From Candidatus Woesebacteria bacterium (GTDB taxonomy: Bacteria; Patescibacteriota; Microgenomatia; UBA8517; UBA10165), in the NCBI GenBank assembly GCA_002686465.1, contig NZCP01000012.1, positions 1 through 48,254 on the forward strand: a stretch of 48,254 nt of DNA, given 5' to 3'. The notes under the pieces were generated by a model. It saw nothing but the letters and a program-made list of their open reading frames with translations. It did no database searches and had not been told where the DNA came from. The position numbers were made by a program, and so were the translations under genes. Positions 7,868 to 14,751 of this stretch are shown here, in pieces. Position 1 is the first letter of the stretch; each line of letters starts with the position of its first letter.

Positions 7868-9942
7868 TAACCCTCCTCTTTCTGCCCTTGTGCCAGAAAC
7901 TCCTCTGCATTATTTATCAAAACCTCTCGTGGTTTTGATCCGTCGGCAGGACCCACAACTCCAGATGATTCAAGCTGATCTAAAATTCTTGCAGCGCGTG
8001 CATATCCAATTGCAAGCCGGCGTTGTAATAAGGAAGCCGAGGCTCGGTCATGGGCTGCGATAACTTTTACAGAGTCGACAAAAAGCTCGTCTTTCTCCCC
8101 ACCTCCGACAAGGTTTTCAGTTGCCCGCGTTGGCATTGTGGTAACTTCCTCTGTGTACTGTGGTGCAACCCCGGTCTTGCGCAAGAACTCAATTAGTTTG
8201 GTTATATCGCTGTCTGAGATATAGGCCCCTTGGATACGTTTCGGTTTTGCCTCCTCCGGTGGCAAAAAGAGCATGTCTCCCCTTCCTAAAAGTCGCTCGG
8301 CTCCGGGCATATCAAGAATCACCCTGGAATCGACTTGAGACGCAACCGCAAACGCAACTCGACAAGGAATATTGGCCTTAATAAGCCCTGTTAGAATATC
8401 GACTGAGGGACGCTGTGTAGAAAGTAGCATGTGGATACCTGTTGCTCTACTCATTTGGGCAAGACGTGTTATTGAATCCTCAACCTCAACTGGCGAAAAA
8501 AGCATGATATCGGCCAGCTCATCAATGACAAGCACAATATAAGGAAGCGCTTGGAAACCAGAAATCTCGTTATATCCTTCAATATTACGTGCACCAACTT
8601 GGGCAAACATTTTATATCTCTGGTCCATCTCTTGGAGAAGATATTTTAAGGCAGATACAACTTTTTCTGGTTCAGTTATAACTGGGGCAAGAAGATGCGG
8701 AATACCGCTATAACCGGTTAACTCAACTCTCTTTGGGTCGACAAGAATAAACTTAACCTCGGCAGGGGATGCACGGAAAAGAATTGTTGAAATAAAAGAG
8801 TTTATTGCCACAGATTTACCAGAACCGGTCTGACCTGCAATTAAAGCGTGTGGCATTTTGGCCAAATCCATAACAAACGGCTTGCCTGCCACATCAAGTC
8901 CCAAAGAAAGCGCAAGCTTGGTTTTTGAATCTCGCATTGGGTCTGATTCAAGAATTTTCTTCAAAGGAACAAACTCTGGTGCGCTATTTGGAAGTTCGAG
9001 ACCAACAAGAGCTCGGCCAGGAATTGGTGCCTCAATTCTTATCTGCCCGGAAGGAGCAGCTAAAGCTAAAGCAAGATCGTTGGCAAGACCAGTGATTTTG
9101 GATAGTTTGGTACCGAGTGCAACCTCAATTGCATACTGCGTAACCGCAGGCCCCAGATTAACTTCAACAACTTTTGCTTGAATACCAAAAGATTCCAGAG
9201 TCCTTTCGACAACAGACGCATTTTCTTTTATATCCCCACGCTCGGCCTTTCCAGAAACAGACTCCGAAAGAAGAGACAGGGCAGGGTACTCCCAAACCCC
9301 TTCCTCACCTGGAACATTAACAGCTGGCCTTGTTAGGCTCTGATCTTCCGCTTTCTCGCCGGCGGCTGCCTTTACTGGCTGGTTAGCTTCTCCACCGGTT
9401 ACCTTAATATCAGCTCTTCCTTCAACAGACTTACCGCCTGTTCCTAAGATGTGCCGGCGGATCGCAATTAAAATAGAAAAGAAGAAGGCTAGAACATGAT
9501 CAAGTGATGCATTAAAAAGAACCAAAAACCCAATGATTGCACCGCCTAAGAAAATAACTGCTGCACCAGGAGACGTCACTAAAACTGCAATTGCGCTCCA
9601 TGCCTCCCTTCCTATCACTCCGGATTGTGTTAAAGAACCCAAAGAAATCGCAAGCAAGACTCCTCCTACCAAAACGTTTGGTTGATTAACAGGAGTACGA
9701 AAACGCGAAAGCATCAGGCCCGAGACGAGAAGGAGAAAGGGGATAAAAAGAGCTGTCCAGGAAAAATAATCAAGTAAAAGTGAATTCAAGCGAAAAAGGA
9801 GAGCGCCTTGACGCGAGAAAGAAAGAATAATAAGCCCTGCAAGGGAAAAGAAGAGTACCTGGCCAATAGAAAAAACCGTATGTTTTTTCAGCCTTATGTT
9901 AAAAGCTCGACGCCAAATTGGTCCGCGACGCAGTCTGGGCAT
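7867..9942 (-). CDS. ftsK: DNA translocase FtsK/SpoIIIE
   Basis: N-terminal polytopic TM region, Walker A motif AGQTGSGKS, and a C-terminal gamma (winged-helix) domain SASLLQRRLAIGYARAARILDQLE. Confidence 0.95.
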   Translation of the reverse strand: MPRLRRGPIWRRAFNIRLKKHTVFSIGQVLFFSLAGLIILSFSRQGALLFRLNSLLLDYFSWTALFIPFLLLVSGLMLSRFRTPVNQPNVLVGGVLLAISLGSLTQSGVIGREAWSAIAVLVTSPGAAVIFLGGAIIGFLVLFNASLDHVLAFFFSILIAIRRHILGTGGKSVEGRADIKVTGGEANQPVKAAAGEKAEDQSLTRPAVNVPGEEGVWEYPALSLLSESVSGKAERGDIKENASVVERTLESFGIQAKVVEVNLGPAVTQYAIEVALGTKLSKITGLANDLALALAAPSGQIRIEAPIPGRALVGLELPNSAPEFVPLKKILESDPMRDSKTKLALSLGLDVAGKPFVMDLAKMPHALIAGQTGSGKSVAINSFISTILFRASPAEVKFILVDPKRVELTGYSGIPHLLAPVITEPEKVVSALKYLLQEMDQRYKMFAQVGARNIEGYNEISGFQALPYIVLVIDELADIMLFSPVEVEDSITRLAQMSRATGIHMLLSTQRPSVDILTGLIKANIPCRVAFAVASQVDSRVILDMPGAERLLGRGDMLFLPPEEAKPKRIQGAYISDSDITKLIEFLRKTGVAPQYTEEVTTMPTRATENLVGGGEKDELFVDSVKVIAAHDRASASLLQRRLAIGYARAARILDQLESSGVVGPADGSKPREVLINNAEEFLAQGQKEEG

Positions 9943-9951
9943 GGTAAGGAG

Positions 9952-9960
9952 ATTATATCA
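9952..9960 (-). promoter_or_regulatory. Extended -10 promoter (TGaTATAAT) 9 nt upstream of the ftsK ATG
   Basis: The minus strand reads tgatataat-ctccttacc-ATG. There is no Shine-Dalgarno sequence. Confidence 0.5.
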
Positions 9961-9997
9961 GAAGTGATGCAGGAAGAGTAAGAGACAGAGCTAGAGT

Positions 9998-10861
9998 TCA
10001 GTCGAGAAATTTAAATGTGGAGAGGATTTGGTTTGCCGTTTTGCTTGGTTTAATCCGCGTGGCAATACCTATGTAAGTGTAGTCCCTTTTAGGATTTGGG
10101 AGATATATTATTTGAGATTGAGAGAACAGACTACCCAATACTATGTGCTTATACCCTTTAATATTATTGAGCGTTGTTTCAACAGGAGGACTATCGCTGA
10201 CCCCCGACTTTCTGTCTTCGAATTCCTGATTAACGAATTCTTCTAGGGATTGGGATTCCAAGATTCCACTGAAGAATGAAACCGCCTCGCCAGGTGCATC
10301 TATTGGTCGTGAACGTTCTTGTGGAGACAGATCAATAAAGATTCTACCAGTACCTGTGACAGATGGTGTCACCTCAAACGGGTGTTTAAATTGTATTCCA
10401 AGTTGAGCGCTTACATATGTTTCCCAGCCGGCAGTCTCGTCTACGAATCTGAAAGTGGAGAGGATTTGGTCAAAGCGACCCCATTTAACTCCGGCAACTG
10501 AATTATCATAACCCCCTATCATATAAATAAATTCGCCATTTTTGACAACAACACGCCTATCGTCCGCACCCCCAGGTTGCTGCACTCCATATAAGTTCCC
10601 TTCAAAAACTACAGCGGCTTTTCCTCCAACTTGGATATCGGGTAACCGGGTAAAAACCTCTCCCTGTGGCTGGTCTGGTGGTTTCACCACGTCACCAGTT
10701 TTTGTAGAAAGATAATCTTGCATGTTGGTTGCAAAACTATCGTAGTTATACACACCTGAGTATGGGAAATTTACAAAGGACTCGACAGGCGCACTAAAAA
10801 GGGCATTCACATAAAATTCAGGAGCGCTGGGACCTTCTTGAACTTCGTAGTTCAACGTCAT
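9998..10861 (-). CDS. Secreted two-domain protein with repeated C-terminal signature QILSTF(R/K)F(V/L)D. The ORF as called lacks its true N-terminus (see 10862-11126).
   Basis: 287-aa ORF with two modules, each starting (D/G)WETY and ending ILSTFRFVD / ILSTFKFLD. It is a paralogue of 11225-11869. Confidence 0.8.
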   Translation of the reverse strand: MTLNYEVQEGPSAPEFYVNALFSAPVESFVNFPYSGVYNYDSFATNMQDYLSTKTGDVVKPPDQPQGEVFTRLPDIQVGGKAAVVFEGNLYGVQQPGGADDRRVVVKNGEFIYMIGGYDNSVAGVKWGRFDQILSTFRFVDETAGWETYVSAQLGIQFKHPFEVTPSVTGTGRIFIDLSPQERSRPIDAPGEAVSFFSGILESQSLEEFVNQEFEDRKSGVSDSPPVETTLNNIKGYKHIVLGSLFSQSQIIYLPNPKRDYTYIGIATRIKPSKTANQILSTFKFLD

Positions 10862-11126
10862 GCTATTCTCATCACCGCTCGCAGGAGTTACGCCAGCACC
10901 ATAGAACGCCTTATAAATAGATGGATACTTGAATTCATAACCATATTTTACGTTTGTATACGTTTCCCAGTCAGAAGTCTCGTCGGATGCAGGTGTTGGT
11001 TGGGGGGATTGATAAGCAGGAGCTAGTAGGCCGAAAGAGGGAATAACACCTGCCTTGCCTAAAAAATATACTCCTGCGGTAACAGCTACTAAAACTAGGA
11101 TTCCTAAAAAACCCCACTTGCTTCAC
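10862..11126 (-). pseudogene. 5' portion of the 9998-10861 gene, displaced by a 1-nt frameshift in a T6 run (A6 on plus, 11106-11111)
   Basis: GTG at 11126 encodes MKQVGF. Removing one T gives MKQVGFLGILVLVAVTAGVYFLGKAGVIPSFG..., which parallels the paralogue MKQKGFSGVLVLIFVVTVAAGAYFLGKSDIVPFFG. The frame is open and contiguous with 10861. Confidence 0.75.
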
Positions 11127-11132
11127 AAGCCT

Positions 11133-11161
11133 ATTATATCTTGCCCGTATAAACATAACAA
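11133..11161 (-). promoter_or_regulatory. Sigma-70-type promoter TTGTTA-17-TATAAT, 6 nt upstream of GTG 11126 (leaderless geometry)
   Basis: The minus strand reads ttgtta-tgtttatacgggcaaga-tataat-aggctt-GTG. Confidence 0.5.
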
Positions 11162-11224
11162 ACGATAATGACAAACTGACACGTATATGCGTGGCTCTTG
11201 GTCAAGTTGTTATAGGATACAGGA

Positions 11225-11869
11225 TTAGTCGAGAAATTTGAAGGTGGAGAGGACTGTCTCAAAAACTTGCTCATAATCTCTGTGGGTTCCTGTATACGTA
11301 AGATGGAAAGCATACCAATTTCCATTGCTTAACTTCTCTCCTGTTGTGGTCGCAATCATCCAAATTTTATTTTCCCCAGGCTTAATTTCTGCGTCTTCTG
11401 AATACTCAATGTCTTTTTCAATAAATATCTTTACTTGACCATTGGCCGTTTCTCCAAGGCTATAACTTTTTGTAGGAACAAAAGGTCCGTACCCATCGGG
11501 ATTTGCTTCAAACTTTAAGAAAAAATCATCTCCTGCTTGTTTATCTTTAAATTCAACTACATTCCACCTATTTCCCAAAGATGGATATTCGGTCTTAACA
11601 TATTCCTTTGTAATCTCAAAATTATCTGGGTAGGAAAACTCAACTTTATCCTTTTCACTTTTATATACCTTCCAATTTACAGTTGCGTCGTCCACAGGAA
11701 CTTGTGGAGGAGAAGGGGGTTCGCCAACCTCTGGTGCAGGAGACCGTGAAGTAGTGGCCGGTGGGCCGAAAAAGGGGACAATATCTGATTTACCCAAGAA
11801 ATATGCTCCAGCAGCAACAGTTACTACGAATATTAAAACCAATACTCCTGAAAAACCTTTTTGTTTCAT
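11225..11869 (-). CDS. Secreted/TM-anchored protein with C-terminal LSTFKFLD signature, function unknown
   Basis: 214-aa ORF with an N-terminal TM segment, a Pro-rich linker and an NWKVY...VLSTFKFLD module. Its ATG directly follows the RNase J stop codon. Confidence 0.8.
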   Translation of the reverse strand: MKQKGFSGVLVLIFVVTVAAGAYFLGKSDIVPFFGPPATTSRSPAPEVGEPPSPPQVPVDDATVNWKVYKSEKDKVEFSYPDNFEITKEYVKTEYPSLGNRWNVVEFKDKQAGDDFFLKFEANPDGYGPFVPTKSYSLGETANGQVKIFIEKDIEYSEDAEIKPGENKIWMIATTTGEKLSNGNWYAFHLTYTGTHRDYEQVFETVLSTFKFLD

Positions 11870-13528
11870 TTATACTTCGACCACAACAGGCAAAACCATC
11901 GGCTGTCGGCCGGTCTCGTCAAAGAAAAAGCGACCAAGGAAATCGACAATCACGTCTTTTGCTCCTCGTCCGTCTCCTTTTCTTATTTTTCCTTGAAGCT
12001 GACCTACGAGCTCTACACCTGCACGATCCAAAAACGACTGCTGTTCTTTTGCAAAAACAAACCCTCGACTTATTAATTCTGGTTTGCCAACAATCTTTCC
12101 TGACGCTTTATCTAGTTGAAGTATTACAATGACAACACCTTCCTTTGCCAAAGTTTTTCTGTCTTTCAAAACAACTTGCCCTACATCTCCAACTCCCAGT
12201 CCATCAACCAAAACACTTTTTGCAGGAACAGTCTCTCCCTTGATTGCACTATCCTTGGTAAACTCAACAACTTCTCCCTCTCGTAATTCAAAAACAGTCT
12301 CTGGCTTCCACCCCATCTTCTCAGCAAGTTTTCTATGAGCCCTCATATGTCTGATTGTTCCACCAATTGGTAAGATGTATTTGGGTCTAACAAGAGCAAA
12401 AAGCATTTCGATGTCTTTTTGCGAACCGTGTCCTGAGACGTGGAGATCTTCTTGTGTATCGTAGTAGTGAACTTCGGCTCCATTCTCTATAAGATTGTCT
12501 ACAATGTAATTAACAGCAGATTCAGTCCCTGGGGGAGCTGGATCTCCAGAAAAGATAACAACATCTTTCTCCTTAATCTTTAAAAATTGATGCTCGCCAA
12601 GTGCTGCTCGATATAGAGCTGATCCCACTTGCCCATAACTACCTGAGACAACATATAAAACTTGATTCTCGGCAAGCTTTGCGGCTTGCTTTGACGAAAT
12701 AACAAGACCATTCCCATAATTGAGATAACCTAGCTTTCTTGCAATCTCTGACTTCTTCTCAATTGATCTTCCTAGCAAAACAACTTTTCTTCCCAAACGA
12801 TCTGCAACATGTAAAACTTGTTGTATGCGCGATATGTTCGAAGAGATAGTTGTAAAGAAAACTCTACTTTTTGCTTCCTCAACAATTAATTCAATTGTCT
12901 TTTCGATCTCGAGCTCAGAATGTGTATACCCGGGTGATGTTGCACCAAGTGAGTCTGAGGCCAAAGCTACCACTCCATCTTTTGCCAACCTTGCAGCTTT
13001 GGCAATATCAAAAGGCTTTTGGCTAACCGGTGTCCAGTCAAATTTATAATCAGGAACGTGGAAGATTTTCCCAGCAGGTGTTTCGATAGAAAACCCAACG
13101 CTGTCGGGTATTGAATGGGTAACACGGAAAGAGTCTATTCTAAATTGGCCGATCTTAAACTGGTCTCCTTCTGGATCAAAAACATTAACCTTGATCCCGC
13201 GAATTCCGTAGTCCGCAAATTTGTCCTCAATAAAGCCTGCTACTAGTTTGGTTGCGTAAATTGGTACTTTGAACTCTTGGAATAGAAAGGGGAGTGCCCC
13301 AAGATGATCCTCGTGGCCATGGGTAACTAGGACAGCACGAACCCGATTTTTGTTTTTAACAAGGTAAGAAAAATCAGGGATTTGCAGATCTATGCCAAAG
13401 GCTGCCTCCTCAGGAAAACCAATACCACAATCGACAATAATAATGTCGTTTCCGTATTCATAAACATACATGTTCTCGGTAACACCGGTTGTTCCCGAAA
13501 TTGCAATAAACTTTAACAAGTTTGTCAT
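11870..13528 (-). CDS. rnj: Ribonuclease J (metallo-beta-lactamase / beta-CASP)
   Basis: HGHEDHLGALPF motif, beta-CASP region, HVSGHGSQ, and a length of 552 aa. Confidence 0.92.
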   Translation of the reverse strand: MTNLLKFIAISGTTGVTENMYVYEYGNDIIIVDCGIGFPEEAAFGIDLQIPDFSYLVKNKNRVRAVLVTHGHEDHLGALPFLFQEFKVPIYATKLVAGFIEDKFADYGIRGIKVNVFDPEGDQFKIGQFRIDSFRVTHSIPDSVGFSIETPAGKIFHVPDYKFDWTPVSQKPFDIAKAARLAKDGVVALASDSLGATSPGYTHSELEIEKTIELIVEEAKSRVFFTTISSNISRIQQVLHVADRLGRKVVLLGRSIEKKSEIARKLGYLNYGNGLVISSKQAAKLAENQVLYVVSGSYGQVGSALYRAALGEHQFLKIKEKDVVIFSGDPAPPGTESAVNYIVDNLIENGAEVHYYDTQEDLHVSGHGSQKDIEMLFALVRPKYILPIGGTIRHMRAHRKLAEKMGWKPETVFELREGEVVEFTKDSAIKGETVPAKSVLVDGLGVGDVGQVVLKDRKTLAKEGVVIVILQLDKASGKIVGKPELISRGFVFAKEQQSFLDRAGVELVGQLQGKIRKGDGRGAKDVIVDFLGRFFFDETGRQPMVLPVVVEV

Positions 13529-13575
13529 AGAATGATAAATTTAAGTTTGTCCACTTTTTTAATTCCTATTGTTTT

Positions 13576-14202
13576 TTACACTAGGCTCATCTGTTCACCT
13601 TTAGCCTTTTTTTCTTGCACATCCTGTTTCCTTCTTTCTAAAACCTCAGGTATTATTTTAAAATCCTCCCGAATCTGTTCCATTATCGCACCCGCTCTAA
13701 GTGCTGCTGCCGGATGATACATCGGCACGACTGCCAAACTTTCTCCCTTCCATTCTACCACTTGAGGTTTTCCATGCACACTAGAAATTTTTGCTCCGGG
13801 CAAAAACTTGCCCATGGAAAAGCGTCCTAAAGTCACAATTACTTTAGGATCAACAACCTCAATCTCGCGATCTACATAAGGCTGGAAAGCTGCAATCTCT
13901 TCTGGTTGCGGATCACGATTTGATGGCGGGCGGAAACGTACAACATTCGAGATATATACATCTTCTCGCTTCATTCCTATGCTCTCAACAAGCCTGTCCA
14001 AAAGTTGTCCTGCTTGTCCAACAAAAGGCCTTCCTTGTTGGTCCTCGTTATAGCCTGGACCTTCGCCAATAAAGTAAATCTCGGCATCCGGATTCCCTTC
14101 ACCAAAAACAAGGCGTGTTGCACCCTCTCTTAATGGAAGAGACTTATCATCTTCCATCTCCTTTTTAACCTTCTCTAGCTCTTCAATTTTGTTCATACTC
14201 AA
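13576..14202 (-). CDS. Uracil-DNA glycosylase, family 4-like (no cysteines, so no Fe-S cluster)
   Basis: GEGPGYNEDQQGRPFVGQAGQLLD (GE(G/A)PG motif) and a C-terminal HPAAALR motif. I found no Cys in the 208 aa. Confidence 0.8.
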   Translation of the reverse strand: MSMNKIEELEKVKKEMEDDKSLPLREGATRLVFGEGNPDAEIYFIGEGPGYNEDQQGRPFVGQAGQLLDRLVESIGMKREDVYISNVVRFRPPSNRDPQPEEIAAFQPYVDREIEVVDPKVIVTLGRFSMGKFLPGAKISSVHGKPQVVEWKGESLAVVPMYHPAAALRAGAIMEQIREDFKIIPEVLERRKQDVQEKKAKGEQMSLV

Positions 14203-14684
14203 ATTGCAACGTCTACAAATTCTACCTTATTTTTTTCTGTATCGTAAACTGCAAAAGAAGGTATATCTGCTTTTTGTAGGGCGCCAGGATTAACAAGAAT
14301 TGTCTTGCCGTGCTTTTCATTTTTCTTCCTGTGCGTATGCCCGTGGAATAAAACATCATACTCCTGGCTCTTCAGGGCGTTTTTTAGTTTACCGGGGAAA
14401 TGGCAAATGCCGATCTGTCTCCCGCCTAGTTCAAGTTTCAAGAAATCATCATTAAATTTAACTTTAGCTTTTCTTAAACTTGTAGCTATTCGTGGGTCAT
14501 AATCCGCATTTCCCAAAACCCCGTAAACTGGAATTTTTACACCTTTCATTGCATCAGCCGCATCTTTCGTCCCCCAATCACCACAATGAATTATGGCATC
14601 CAAATTTGCCTGTGTGGCATACCCTATCGTATGTTTGAGTCGTACAATATTTCCGTGGCTATCGGAGATAGTAAGAATTTTCAT
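14199..14684 (-). CDS. Metallophosphoesterase, YfcE/MJ0936 family
   Basis: MKILTISDSHGN, HCGDWG, GNADYD and HGHTH motifs. A strong SD (aaaggag) lies upstream. Confidence 0.85.
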   Translation of the reverse strand: MKILTISDSHGNIVRLKHTIGYATQANLDAIIHCGDWGTKDAADAMKGVKIPVYGVLGNADYDPRIATSLRKAKVKFNDDFLKLELGGRQIGICHFPGKLKNALKSQEYDVLFHGHTHRKKNEKHGKTILVNPGALQKADIPSFAVYDTEKNKVEFVDVAI

Positions 14685-14751
14685 CTCGCTCCTTTTAGTC
14701 GCTTAACAAAAAGTTCTTGACTCGAGCTGACGCTCGCTATAGATATTTTCA

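Noticed and set aside
10971-11174. 67-aa minus-strand ORF listed in the track
   Set aside because: It is not an independent gene. Only the codons from GTG 11126 to the T6 run are genuine (MKQVGF). The rest is the out-of-frame read-through of the frameshifted surface-protein gene.
14685-14751. Weak hairpin CGAGC-gtca-GCTCG downstream of pnp as a terminator
   Set aside because: The stem is only 5 bp and the T-run is displaced by about 9 nt. The downstream yfcE-like gene has a strong SD, which is consistent with read-through.
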